From NCBI GenBank assembly GCA_043811375.1, contig JBDRNJ010000084.1:1-64000 (forward strand): a stretch of 64,000 nt of DNA. The letters run 5' to 3'. Positions 40,048 through 49,960 of the stretch are shown here, one piece after another; within the stretch, counting starts at the first letter, position 1, and each line of letters opens with the position of its first letter. The position numbers and the translations under genes are program-made. Source of the DNA: a bacterium. GTDB taxonomy: Bacteria; Zixibacteria; MSB-5A5; GN15; FEB-12. The notes under the pieces are model-generated. The model saw only the letters and a program-made list of their open reading frames with translations. It was not told where the DNA came from and made no database searches.

Positions 40048-42723
40048 CTACCAGCCGAGAATCTGTTCCAGGTTACGGTTAATCTTCTCGCTACGCTCCT
40101 GGTAATCCTGCTTCTTGGTCTTCTCACGTTCGATTACTTCCTGAGGTGCATTGGCGAGAAAATCGGCATTGGCCAGCTTTTTTGAGGTTTTTTCAAGTTG
40201 TGTCTTGATATTGGCCAACTCCTTTTCCAGGCGTTTCTTCTCGACCTCGATATCGATCAGCCCGGCCAGGGGTACAAATATCTCGGCTCCGGAGATAACG
40301 GTCGAGGCCGATAAGGGCGGTTTTTTTATATCGGTGCCGGTGTAGAGTTTCTCAACTCTGGCCAGGGAGCGGAAATATTCAATATGATCCTGCAGCAACT
40401 GGCCGAAAGACGGGTCGCTCACACGAACATAGAGGTCCGATTTCTTTCCCGGATTGACGTTAAGTTCCGCACGAATGGTCCGGACAGCGGAAACAACAGC
40501 TTGTATCTGTTGCAGTCTCTGTTCCAATTCGTCATCCTGGTGCCGACCGTCGGTCTCGGGCCAGCGTTGAAAGCTGATAGTGGAGCTGCTGTCCTGTTCG
40601 CGCCCCAGCAAATCCAGGTTGATGCGTTCAGTGACAAAAGGCACAAACGGGTGCAGCAGCTTGAGTATCTGTTGCAGGACGTAAGTAGCGACGTTCAGAG
40701 AACCCTCTCTGATAGGTGCTGCCGGCTGGTCCGGTTTGATCAACTCGATGTACCACGAGCAATAGTCGTTCCAGACGAAGTTGTAAAGTGCCTTGGCGGC
40801 AGCCGACAGCCGGAACTCGTCAAAAGCGCGATCAACCGTCCCTATGGTTCGCTCCAGCCGCGAGAGTATCCAACGGTCGAATATCACCAAATCGTTATCG
40901 TCGACACTATCAACAACAGCCGGTCGTCCTTCCAGGCGCATCATGACAAAACGCGAAACCTGGTGCAGCTTGTTGACGAAGTTGCGGCCGATCTCGAAGG
41001 TATTCTTGCCGATCCAGGGGTCCTGCCCGTCGGGAGTCGCCAGCACCAGCGACACCCGCAGGGCATCAGCGCCATACTTATTAATGATTTCCAGCGGATC
41101 AATCCCGTTGCCGAGCGATTTGGACATCTTGATTCCGTTGGTGTCACGGACGGTACCGTGAATGTAAACGTCACTGAAGGGGGCTTCCCCCATGAATTCG
41201 TAACCGGCCATGACCATTCGGGCCACCCACAGGAAAATTATTTCGGAGGCCGTGCTCAGCACTCGTGTCGGATAGAAATCCTGTAGTTCGGGCGTCTTTT
41301 CCGGCCAGCCCAGAGTCGAAAACGGCCACAGCCAGGATGAAAACCAGGTGTCCAGGACATCCTCATCCTGCACCAGACTTTCCGGATCATAGCCGGGGCA
41401 CTGCTCGGCCGTCGGGCGCTGAGAGGAGACAAACATGGTGCCGTCATCGGCATACCAGACCGGTATCCGGTGCCCCCACCAAAGCTGGCGGGAAATGCAC
41501 CAGTCACGAATGTTTTCCATCCAGTGCAGGTATGTTTTAGACCAGTATTCGGGGTGGAATCGCACCTGGCCGGTTTTGACCGCTTCGATCGCCGGTTGGG
41601 CCAGTTCGCTCATCTTGACGAACCACTGTTGTGACAGATACGGTTCGATAACGTTGTGGCAACGGTAACAGGTGCCGGCCGAAAGCTCGTACTTCTCGGT
41701 CTTCTCCAGCAGCCCTTTTTTATCCAGTTCCTCCACCAGTTGCTTGCGGCCTTCATAGCGATCGAGCCCCTTGAGCTTGCCCGCATTCTCATTGAGGGTA
41801 CCATCGGTATTAAGGATATTGATCTCCGGCAGGTCATGTCGGCGACCAATCTCAAAGTCGTTGGGGTCGTGGGCCGGGGTGACTTTCACCACGCCGGTGC
41901 CGAACTCGGCATCGACGAAGCTGTCGGCCACGATCGGTATCTCTCTCTCAAGAATGGGCAGGATAACCGTCTTACCGACAAATTTCTTGTACCGGGCATC
42001 CTTGGGTGAAACCGCCAGTGCCGTGTCGCCCAGCATTGTTTCCGGCCGGGTAGTGGCCACCGTGAGGTATTCGTCCGATCCCTTGATCTTGTACCTGATA
42101 TACCAGAGATGGCTGTTGAAGGTCTGGTGTTCTACCTCATCATCCGACAGAGAGGTTCGACAGGAGGGGCACCAGTTTACGATTCGATGGCCGCGGTATA
42201 TCCAGCCCTTGCGATACAGATGCTCAAAGACCTCGGCAACCGCCTGAGACAGGCCTTCATCCAGTGTGAAACGGGTGCGTTCCCAGTCACACGAACAACC
42301 CAACTTCTTCAGTTGGTTCAGTATCAGTTCCTTGTTGCGGTAGGCCCACCGGGAGGTTCGTTCGACAAATTTCTCCCGCCCCAGTTCACGCCGGGTCAGA
42401 CCCTCCCCGGTCAATTGCTTTTCCACCACCACCTGGGTGGCAATGCCGGCGTGGTCGGCTCCCGGTATCCAGCTTACCTCGAAACCATCCATGCGGTGCT
42501 TGCGGATAAGAATATCCTGGATTGAGTTGTTCAGAGCGTGACCAAGATGCAGCACGTCGGTCACATTCGGCGGCGGGATTACAATAGTATATATCTTGCG
42601 GTCACTACCGACGCGGCCGTGAAAGACGTTGTTATCCAGCCACCTTTGATACAACTGGTCTTCAACATCGGCCGGACAGTAAGCGCCGGGTTTGCCGGAT
42701 GTATTTTTCTTTTCCTTGCTCAT
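40048..42723 (-). CDS. valS: Valine--tRNA ligase
   Basis: PPPNVT..LHLGH, DHAGIATQ, DWCISRQLWWGH, DTWFSS and KMSKS motifs; C-terminal coiled coil. Confidence 0.98.
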   Translation of the reverse strand: MSKEKKNTSGKPGAYCPADVEDQLYQRWLDNNVFHGRVGSDRKIYTIVIPPPNVTDVLHLGHALNNSIQDILIRKHRMDGFEVSWIPGADHAGIATQVVVEKQLTGEGLTRRELGREKFVERTSRWAYRNKELILNQLKKLGCSCDWERTRFTLDEGLSQAVAEVFEHLYRKGWIYRGHRIVNWCPSCRTSLSDDEVEHQTFNSHLWYIRYKIKGSDEYLTVATTRPETMLGDTALAVSPKDARYKKFVGKTVILPILEREIPIVADSFVDAEFGTGVVKVTPAHDPNDFEIGRRHDLPEINILNTDGTLNENAGKLKGLDRYEGRKQLVEELDKKGLLEKTEKYELSAGTCYRCHNVIEPYLSQQWFVKMSELAQPAIEAVKTGQVRFHPEYWSKTYLHWMENIRDWCISRQLWWGHRIPVWYADDGTMFVSSQRPTAEQCPGYDPESLVQDEDVLDTWFSSWLWPFSTLGWPEKTPELQDFYPTRVLSTASEIIFLWVARMVMAGYEFMGEAPFSDVYIHGTVRDTNGIKMSKSLGNGIDPLEIINKYGADALRVSLVLATPDGQDPWIGKNTFEIGRNFVNKLHQVSRFVMMRLEGRPAVVDSVDDNDLVIFDRWILSRLERTIGTVDRAFDEFRLSAAAKALYNFVWNDYCSWYIELIKPDQPAAPIREGSLNVATYVLQQILKLLHPFVPFVTERINLDLLGREQDSSSTISFQRWPETDGRHQDDELEQRLQQIQAVVSAVRTIRAELNVNPGKKSDLYVRVSDPSFGQLLQDHIEYFRSLARVEKLYTGTDIKKPPLSASTVISGAEIFVPLAGLIDIEVEKKRLEKELANIKTQLEKTSKKLANADFLANAPQEVIEREKTKKQDYQERSEKINRNLEQILGW

Positions 42724-42886
42724 TTTCGACAGGTTCTTTATATTCCCCAGTCAATGCAGTGAAGCCCGGACACGGCTATTTTTTGGTTAAACAGTATACC
42801 GGCGCCTTTCCCGCTTGTCAAGGTGGGAAAGATTGCCACCGGCGTCCGAACATGACCGGCAACCATAAGTATTATGATCGTCAACA

Positions 42887-43678
42887 ATGTCTGATTTCAA
42901 AAGCTCTGTATTTGACCGCTCCCTGACGCCGTTTGAGAGGCTGACGGCGTTGATGGAGGTCCTGCGTTCACCCGAGGGCTGTTCCTGGGATCGCCGGCAG
43001 GACCACCGTAGCCTCTTACCCTGCCTGATCGAAGAAACCTACGAGGTTGTGGAAGCTGTTGAGGCCGATGACTTACCGGCCCTGCGGGAAGAGTTGGGGG
43101 ATCTGTTGTGCCAGGTAGTTTTCCATGCCCAACTGGCCCGGGAAGCAGGAAGTTTTGATATCAACGACTCAATTAACAGTATCGTTGACAAGCTTGTCCG
43201 ACGACACCCACACATATTTGAACAAAAGAAGGACCTGACACCTCGACAGGTACGTGATCAGTGGGAGAAAATCAAAGTTGATTCGGGTGAAAAAAAATCG
43301 GTTCTGTCCGGTATTCCACGGTCGATGCCGGCTCTGACGATGGCCTTTCGGATTGGACAGAAAGCCGGCGGTGCCGGCTTTGACTGGCGACAACCGGCCG
43401 ACGTGATGGACAAACTTCGCGAAGAGACGGATGAAGTCAGCCGCGCCCTGCAGGCCGATGATCACCGGGCGCTGACAGAAGAGATCGGCGATCTGCTGTT
43501 TGCCGTTTCGTCGCTGGCGCGTAAGCTTGAGATTGATCCGGAACAGGCATTGCGGCAAGCGCTGGACAAGTTTCGGAGTCGCTTTGAGAGACTGGAACAT
43601 AGAGTTCATGAGAGCAACCGAGGGTTTGACGACTTCACCCTCGAACAACTTGAGGAAATCTGGCAGAGCATTAAGTAG
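42887..43678 (+). CDS. mazG: Nucleoside triphosphate pyrophosphohydrolase
   Basis: LRSPEGCSWDRRQ, EETYEVVE, EELGDLL, RRHPHIF and EEIGDLLF motifs. Confidence 0.95.
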   Translation: MSDFKSSVFDRSLTPFERLTALMEVLRSPEGCSWDRRQDHRSLLPCLIEETYEVVEAVEADDLPALREELGDLLCQVVFHAQLAREAGSFDINDSINSIVDKLVRRHPHIFEQKKDLTPRQVRDQWEKIKVDSGEKKSVLSGIPRSMPALTMAFRIGQKAGGAGFDWRQPADVMDKLREETDEVSRALQADDHRALTEEIGDLLFAVSSLARKLEIDPEQALRQALDKFRSRFERLEHRVHESNRGFDDFTLEQLEEIWQSIK

Positions 43679-44096
43679 ACCGACCGGTATCCGTGACAGC
43701 ATGAACTCGAATAGCGACGTCAACAATGACACTGTTGTTTACCTGATGAAGTTAATTAATGTGCGAAAATCTAACAGCAAACAACGGGCCAACTCGATAC
43801 GGGGCCGGTTTTAAGGCCGGAAGAAAACTCATTTTTTTTGTTGCTTTTGGTGTTGACGAAATTTAGGTTTGGCACAGTTTGGATAACCCAGTAGGGTGGA
43901 GTGTGCTTTAGTTGAAGAAGAAACTTAAAGCTGAAATAGTTGAACATAGAGTAACGAAGTTATGTGGCTGGAAGTAAAATGCCAAGGAGGGACGCCTATG
44001 ACGTGAGAGATTGCACGGATGCTTTCGCAACACGTTGAATTATGCAAATGGCTTTTGCGAAAAAAAGAGAGAAACCCTTATACAGGATTAGAAAAG

Positions 44097-45413
44097 ATGA
44101 AGAAACTATTGATCATTACGTTTTCTCTGTTGCTGCTGATGAGCGCCAGTTTGATGGCAACCGGAACCCGCGTGGGAACCATGGGTAACAACAACATGAT
44201 TCTGCTGGATGATGCCAACATCTGGATGTTCCCGTCCCGCATCAACGACTACCCCAAGATGGCGGTGGCCGAGTTCTCCGACAATTACAACACTGACTTC
44301 GGCGAGTTTGGCATTCACTGGCAATTCAATGAAGAGAACCCCTGCGTGCTGGGCACCTACTTCTATGATGCCACCACAATGGGTCCGATGTACAGCCCCT
44401 TCAGTTCGCCCTTTAGATATGACTGGCGGTTTGTGCCGTTTGATCACTCCCTGTGGTCGAACCAGAGAATCGATCTCTTCTACGGTCGGATAATGTCGGG
44501 CAATCCTTTCGGTCTCCACCTCAGTCTGATCAATTCTTCGCAGAAAGAAGAAGATCCGGCTGACCTGGACGAAGAAGGCTTTTCAGTCTACGACTTCAGC
44601 TTCGGCTGGACACTCAGCGGCAATACCGACGTCGCCGCCGGTTTGGAGTTTATGAGTTGGACTCACAAGGACACTTACAAGCCCGACACAATCACTGCCA
44701 CCTCTTATACTACTTACGACAAGACCAAAGCCAAAGGAAACATGGCTCTGTGGGCCGGGGTTCGTCACTTCATGCCGACCGGGGATCCCGATTACACCCT
44801 AGTTCCGCACGCCATGCTCTACTATGGCAAGAATAAAGCTGAATACTACGGGAAATACTCCTTCAATGTTGACGAGGACACTGTCATTCTTCAAAATCAG
44901 ACCGATGAGTACGGGTGGCTGAGTTTTGACCTTGGTGCCGGACTGCAGTATGCGCCGTCGAGTGATATCATGGCCGTGCTCGATTTTGGCATCATGTATG
45001 AAAAGGTTGACGGTGACTTCGCTACGAATACCTATACGATATCGGGTGGTACCGCCGCCGCCGGTGCGGACTCAATCTCTGATGCGTCAGCCAAGACCTT
45101 TACTCTGCCGTATTTCAAAGCCGGTCTGGATGCCAAGGTGTTCAACTGGATGGATGTCCGCTTTGGCGCCACGACCTATTGGGACCGGGAGACTTTCGAA
45201 GGCAACTGGTGGAATGCTTCGAAGACGAAGAACAGCGCGAACTGGGCCAATAACGACACCTATCTCGGCTTCGGTTTCCACTGGGGTGACCTGCATGTTG
45301 ACACCTATACCGACCCGCACCTGTTCCTGAGAGGTTTCGACTTCATCAGCGGTTCAGGTGAAGGCGGCAGCGACATGAACTTCGGTCTCTCTGCTCTTTA
45401 CGAGTTCGAGTAG
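44097..45413 (+). CDS. Outer-membrane beta-barrel protein
   Basis: Signal MKKLLIITFSLLLLMSASLMA, ATxTRVxTMG start, aromatic beta-strand composition and C-terminal LYEFE. Start reassigned from 44019. Confidence 0.8.
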   Translation: MKKLLIITFSLLLLMSASLMATGTRVGTMGNNNMILLDDANIWMFPSRINDYPKMAVAEFSDNYNTDFGEFGIHWQFNEENPCVLGTYFYDATTMGPMYSPFSSPFRYDWRFVPFDHSLWSNQRIDLFYGRIMSGNPFGLHLSLINSSQKEEDPADLDEEGFSVYDFSFGWTLSGNTDVAAGLEFMSWTHKDTYKPDTITATSYTTYDKTKAKGNMALWAGVRHFMPTGDPDYTLVPHAMLYYGKNKAEYYGKYSFNVDEDTVILQNQTDEYGWLSFDLGAGLQYAPSSDIMAVLDFGIMYEKVDGDFATNTYTISGGTAAAGADSISDASAKTFTLPYFKAGLDAKVFNWMDVRFGATTYWDRETFEGNWWNASKTKNSANWANNDTYLGFGFHWGDLHVDTYTDPHLFLRGFDFISGSGEGGSDMNFGLSALYEFE

Positions 45414-45434
45414 ACACTTCTTGCGTCAATTAGC

Positions 45435-45464
45435 AAGCCCGGTCGGGATCGGCCGGGCTTTTTT
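45435..45464 (+). terminator. Intrinsic terminator
   Basis: AAGCCCGGTCG-GGAT-CGGCCGGGC followed by T6. Confidence 0.85.
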
Positions 45465-45542
45465 ATATTGGCGAGACATGCGGCACGTTGGCCGGTGCCG
45501 GTTTTTGTTGTCTGCTCAATCGTTGGCAGATTAAATTAAGCA

Positions 45543-45605
45543 GTAGGTCAAGCCTACTTGGGGCTTGACATAAATTTCGTCACGCCGCGAGTCGGCGTGA
45601 CCTAC
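45543..45605. repeat. Inverted pair of GTAG REPs (REPIN-like)
   Basis: GTAGGTCAAGCC..GGCTTGAC (45543-45569) faces GTCACGCCG..CGGCGTGACCTAC (45579-45605). Confidence 0.8.
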
Positions 45606-45616
45606 TAAATTAAATA

Positions 45617-47284
45617 ATGGTAGAAGAGCGAAAACAAGCAGATCACGGGGCAAATATCTACTCGGCTTTTGAACAGGCCGCCCGGCGATACCCGGAGCAG
45701 GTGGCTCTCAAGGCCGACGGTGGTCGGGGACGAAGCTATACTTATAGGGACGTTGTTACCGCCGTTGGAAAACTGTCGAAGGTGCTGTTCCACGATAAGT
45801 TTGCCGCAAGTCGTGAGATCGGCCTTCTCTCAGAGAATCGACCGGAGTGGGGTATCGCCTACCTGGGCATCCTGGCCGCCGGTCGCACGGTGGTGCCGAT
45901 TGATGCCAATCTTAAAAGCGAAGAAATTGCTTTCATCATCAGGGACGCCCGTCTGCGGCTGGTATTCGCATCACGGCGTTCCGAGGCGTTGTTGTCGGAG
46001 ATGAATATCGATATCGACATAATCTCCCTGGAGGAAGACTCACCGCACAGTTGGCGAAACTTGTCGGAGACACCGGCGCCACCGGCCGAATACGCCATCA
46101 ACGAGACAGCCGTTCTCATATATACTTCCGGTACCACCGGGGCGCCGAAAGCGGTGGAGTTAACCCATCGCAATATCCTGGCCAACATGGAAGGTATCGC
46201 CGGATCGTTACAGTTTGACGAAAACGACACCTTCCTGTCGGTCCTGCCGCTGCACCATACCTTCGAGTCCACCTGTGGTTTTCTGACGCCGCTGTTTTCC
46301 GGTTGCACTATCGTCTATGCCCGCTCCCTGAAATCAAAGGAACTGCTGGAGGACTTGCGTTTCAATGGCGCCACCCTGATGTGCGGGGTGCCGCTGTTGT
46401 TTGAAAAGATGTATGGATCTCTGCGACGAAAAATAGCCTCGGCGTCGTTCGGAAAGCGGGTGCTGTTTCATACTTTGTATACACTTTCGTCTCTGGGCTG
46501 GTTGTTTGGTCGTCGGTGGGGGAAGGCTTTGTTTCATGGTCTGCGCGATAAAGCCGGCCTGGGGTCGATCCGTATGTTTGTCTCCGGCAGTGCCGCCCTG
46601 CCGCCGGTTATCGCCCGCTTCTATCATCTGCTCGGTTGCGATTTAGTACAAGGCTACGGCATGACCGAATGCTCGCCCGTCATCTCGGTGGTGCGCCCCG
46701 ACGACATCCAGTTTGGCTCCGTCGGCCCGCCGCTTAACAATGTCGAGGTGAAAATTGCCGGGGCCGATCCGGAAACAGGCGTGGGGGAAATTATCGTCAA
46801 AGGTGACAGCATCACCCCCGGCTACCGCAACAATGCCGAACAGACGGCGGAATTGATCGTCGACGGATGGTTGCACACCGGCGATCTGGGTAAACTGGAA
46901 CATAATCACCTGTGGATCACCGGGCGCAAAAAGAACCTGATTGTTTCGGCCGCCGGTAAGAATATCTACCCCGAAGAACTGGAAGAGAAACTGATGGAGT
47001 CGGACTGCATTCTGGAGGCGGTAGTATTCGGTCGCCCCAAACAGAACCGGCAGGGAGAACAGGTCTGTGCCCTGCTGGTGCCGGATATGGAACAGATAGC
47101 GACCATATTATCAGAGCCGTCGGACCGTGCCGACCAGGAAAAAATCAGGCAACTACTGTCAGCCGAGATCGAGCAAGTCAACGGCCGGATCGCGGGGTAT
47201 AAGCGGATTGTTAGTTTTGATTTTCAGCTTGAGGAGTTGGAAAAAACATCCACTAAGAAAGTTAAACGATTCTTATATAAATGA
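45617..47284 (+). CDS. Long-chain fatty acid--CoA ligase (AMP-binding)
   Basis: YTSGTTGAPK, LPLHHTFE, QGYGMTE, LHTGDLG and GKNIYPEELE motifs. Confidence 0.92.
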   Translation: MVEERKQADHGANIYSAFEQAARRYPEQVALKADGGRGRSYTYRDVVTAVGKLSKVLFHDKFAASREIGLLSENRPEWGIAYLGILAAGRTVVPIDANLKSEEIAFIIRDARLRLVFASRRSEALLSEMNIDIDIISLEEDSPHSWRNLSETPAPPAEYAINETAVLIYTSGTTGAPKAVELTHRNILANMEGIAGSLQFDENDTFLSVLPLHHTFESTCGFLTPLFSGCTIVYARSLKSKELLEDLRFNGATLMCGVPLLFEKMYGSLRRKIASASFGKRVLFHTLYTLSSLGWLFGRRWGKALFHGLRDKAGLGSIRMFVSGSAALPPVIARFYHLLGCDLVQGYGMTECSPVISVVRPDDIQFGSVGPPLNNVEVKIAGADPETGVGEIIVKGDSITPGYRNNAEQTAELIVDGWLHTGDLGKLEHNHLWITGRKKNLIVSAAGKNIYPEELEEKLMESDCILEAVVFGRPKQNRQGEQVCALLVPDMEQIATILSEPSDRADQEKIRQLLSAEIEQVNGRIAGYKRIVSFDFQLEELEKTSTKKVKRFLYK

Positions 47285-47709
47285 GACGGCCTATGGTTAT
47301 TACCAGCGAAATTCAACTGAAGACGGGCGGGCCGGGAGAGATAGTCGATATTACCGACAGGCTTCAGGAAGCGATCAGCGACTCAGGAATGAACGCCGGT
47401 ACGGTAACGGTGTTCGTGCCCGGCTCGACCGGCGGTATTACCACGATTGAATACGAACCGGGACTGCTGAAGGATGTACCGGAACTGATGGAGAAGCTTG
47501 TCCCCTCCGACCGCGACTACGAACATGACAACACCTGGCACGACGGCAACGGCTTTTCGCATCTGCGAGCAGCCCTGGTGGGGCCGGACATTACCGTGCC
47601 GTTTATCGAAAGCCGGTTGACCCTCGGCACCTGGCAACAGGTGGTCTTTCTCGAATTCGACAACCGCCCCCGGCAGCGGCGGATCGTGCTGCAGATCATG
47701 GGAGAGTAG
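47281..47709 (+). CDS. yjbQ: YjbQ (UPF0047) family protein
   Basis: GSTGGITTIEYEPG, HD...NGFSHLRA and LGTWQQV.F.EFD motifs. ATGA overlap. Confidence 0.92.
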   Translation: MRRPMVITSEIQLKTGGPGEIVDITDRLQEAISDSGMNAGTVTVFVPGSTGGITTIEYEPGLLKDVPELMEKLVPSDRDYEHDNTWHDGNGFSHLRAALVGPDITVPFIESRLTLGTWQQVVFLEFDNRPRQRRIVLQIMGE

Positions 47710-47717
47710 CGACGGCA

Positions 47718-48722
47718 ATGAAATTCACACCTCTTAAGCGGGTGGGCGACAAGCTGCGCCTGCTTAACCAGACCAAACTGCCGGGCGAGGTTGAGTACCG
47801 CGAACTGGATGACTACCGGGATATCATTGAAGCGATCAAACAGCTCCAGGTACGCGGCGCCCCGGCGATCGGTATCGCTGCGGCTTATGGCCTGGCGGTC
47901 GCGGTTGAACAGGGCGGGGATTGCTCAAAGACATATCTCGAGGGAGTCGCGGGCGAGTTGAAAGCGGCGCGTCCGACCGCCGTTAATCTCGGTTGGGCTG
48001 TAGATCGGGTCCTGGCCCGGCTCGATGCCGGTGATACCCGGTCATTGGAGAAGACATTGTCTTTACTGTGGGCCGAGGCGGAAGCGATCCATGAGGAAGA
48101 CCGTCGCCTGTGCGAAAACATCGGCCGCCACGGAGCGGAACTGATTCATGATGGTGACTCTATTTTGACCCATTGTAATGCCGGAGCATTAGCCACCGGC
48201 GGTATCGGTACCGCCCTGGCGGTGGTGTACACCTGTCGCGACCAGGGCAAACGGATCAGTGTCTATGCCGATGAAACGCGGCCGCTGCTTCAGGGAGCTC
48301 GCCTGACCACCTGGGAGCTGATGCAGGAGGGGATCGACGTTACCCTAATCTGCGACAACATGGCCGGCACGTTGATGCGCCAGGGAAAGGTGGATCATGT
48401 CATTGTGGGTGCCGATAGAATCGCCCGCAACGGCGATGTGGCCAACAAGATCGGCACTTATCCATTAGCTGTGCTGGCCCGTGAACACCGGTTGCCGTTT
48501 TATGTGGCGGCGCCCTATTCGACTTTTGATAACGAACTCGAGTCCGGACGGCAGATTCCGATTGAAGAACGGTCCCCGGTTGAAGTCACCGAAGGTTTCG
48601 GCAATCGTACGGCTCCGGAGGGAGTCAAAGTTTACTCACCGGCATTTGACATAACCCCGCATGAACTGGTTATCTGTTATATCACCGATCGGGGAACCAG
48701 GCCCGGCGGCAGGTCGGCCTGA
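47718..48722 (+). CDS. mtnA: S-methyl-5-thioribose-1-phosphate isomerase
   Basis: VRGAPAIG, RPTAVNL, THCNAGALAT, ETRPLLQGARLT and NKIGT motifs. Confidence 0.96.
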   Translation: MKFTPLKRVGDKLRLLNQTKLPGEVEYRELDDYRDIIEAIKQLQVRGAPAIGIAAAYGLAVAVEQGGDCSKTYLEGVAGELKAARPTAVNLGWAVDRVLARLDAGDTRSLEKTLSLLWAEAEAIHEEDRRLCENIGRHGAELIHDGDSILTHCNAGALATGGIGTALAVVYTCRDQGKRISVYADETRPLLQGARLTTWELMQEGIDVTLICDNMAGTLMRQGKVDHVIVGADRIARNGDVANKIGTYPLAVLAREHRLPFYVAAPYSTFDNELESGRQIPIEERSPVEVTEGFGNRTAPEGVKVYSPAFDITPHELVICYITDRGTRPGGRSA

Positions 48723-48791
48723 AATGAACTTAAGAACGTCTGCCGTCACACCGATATGCAATAACATCACGGTAAACGGCGCTTTAGTGAT

Positions 48792-49430
48792 ATGATCAGG
48801 ATGAAACGACAAAAAAAGGCTCTGGCGGCTCTGAATTACGATCTCTTTCCTCTGGCTGATCGCTGCCCACCGGCTCCCGCCACCATTTACAGCAAGATTC
48901 AAATGCAAACGCACCGTCAGCAGGTGCCGGCCGTCGTCGAAGCAATGTCACTGACCTCATCGCAGTTGCCGGCCGAGACGGAACTTTATCGTTCATACGA
49001 CGTCTACAACTGGACCTATTTCGCCGGACAGTTGCCGAAGGTGAGTATCGAGTATTCCCATCGGATGATGTCGGCCGGGGCTTACCTGCCCCAGCAGAAA
49101 CTGATCAGGATCAGCCGTCGCTATCACGAGATTTTCCCGGATGAGATTGGTGATACTCTCAAGCACGAGATGATCCATATTCTTCATTTGGGGCACGGGG
49201 CCGCTTTCAAACGAGAGGCTGCCAGGATTGGGGCATCGCTGAGGGCGAGGTCTCACCCCTCACTTCGCAAACCGCCGCGGTACGTATATGAATGCCCCGG
49301 TTGCGGCCGCCGGTATCCCCGCCAGAGACAACTTAGAATGGCATCCTGCGGTGACTGTTCACCAGGCCGCAAGTTTGATCTGCGCTTTAAGCTAAAATTG
49401 GTCAGGAATCGCTGCCGTCCAGGGACTTGA
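48792..49430 (+). CDS. SprT-like zinc metalloprotease with zinc ribbon
   Basis: TLKHEMIH...HG..FK and YECPGC...CGDC. The true start may be downstream. Confidence 0.85.
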   Translation: MIRMKRQKKALAALNYDLFPLADRCPPAPATIYSKIQMQTHRQQVPAVVEAMSLTSSQLPAETELYRSYDVYNWTYFAGQLPKVSIEYSHRMMSAGAYLPQQKLIRISRRYHEIFPDEIGDTLKHEMIHILHLGHGAAFKREAARIGASLRARSHPSLRKPPRYVYECPGCGRRYPRQRQLRMASCGDCSPGRKFDLRFKLKLVRNRCRPGT

Positions 49431-49734
49431 GCGCGGCTTTGGTTTCTTCAGTCTGCCCGTAGTTCCGGAGAATGTGGTTGATAAGCGGCATACACTCAAC
49501 CAGTGCCGGGAAATTAGCACCCTCGGTAAAATTCCTGATCAGGCGCAGCAGCACCACCTGGGGGTTACCGGTACAACTGACGATATGCCCTTCTGGTGAA
49601 ACCCCCAGCCCGGCCTTTTTTGCCTGGCGGAAAGCGGCTTTTTCGCCGACCAACTCAGCCTGCTTCTTGATGGCTTGTTCGAAGAGTTTCAGATACTTTT
49701 CCATACTCGATTCCGTAATGGCTTTGTTTACCAT
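49402..49734 (-). CDS. Hypothetical small protein
   Basis: 110 aa: helical N-terminus (AIKKQAELVG), GLGVSPEGHIV hairpin, GNPQVVL. Overlaps the SprT 3' end by 29 bp. Confidence 0.7.
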   Translation of the reverse strand: MVNKAITESSMEKYLKLFEQAIKKQAELVGEKAAFRQAKKAGLGVSPEGHIVSCTGNPQVVLLRLIRNFTEGANFPALVECMPLINHILRNYGQTEETKAALKSLDGSDS

Positions 49735-49821
49735 TGTGTTACTTGTATCGGTCGAGACCGGCGGCTACTGAAGCGGGGATAATTTCCTGCCGGATGACCT
49801 GAAGATCACCCCACCACAATA

Positions 49822-49960
49822 GGCCTGTTGATAAACCTAACAAACGTCATAGGGAGGGGACAAGTCCCCTTTATTGCCGTGGCTATCTCGTTAACATTCA
49901 ATATCCGAGATTGCCACGCTGTCGCTCGCAATGACGAGAATGGGACTTTTTCAACAAGCC
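49822..49960. mobile_element. MITE-like nested inverted-repeat element
   Basis: Terminal IRs GGCCTGTTGATAAA / TTTTTCAACAAGCC (12/14 match) enclose inner arms GTCAT..GTGGCTATCTC and GAGATTGCCAC..ATGAC. Confidence 0.6.

Noticed and set aside
43870..43884. TGGCACAGTTTGGAT upstream of the OMP gene as a sigma54 promoter
   Set aside because: Lacks the GC at the required GG-N10-GC spacing.
44019..44096. N-terminal extension of the OMP
   Set aside because: The signal peptide begins at ATG 44097.
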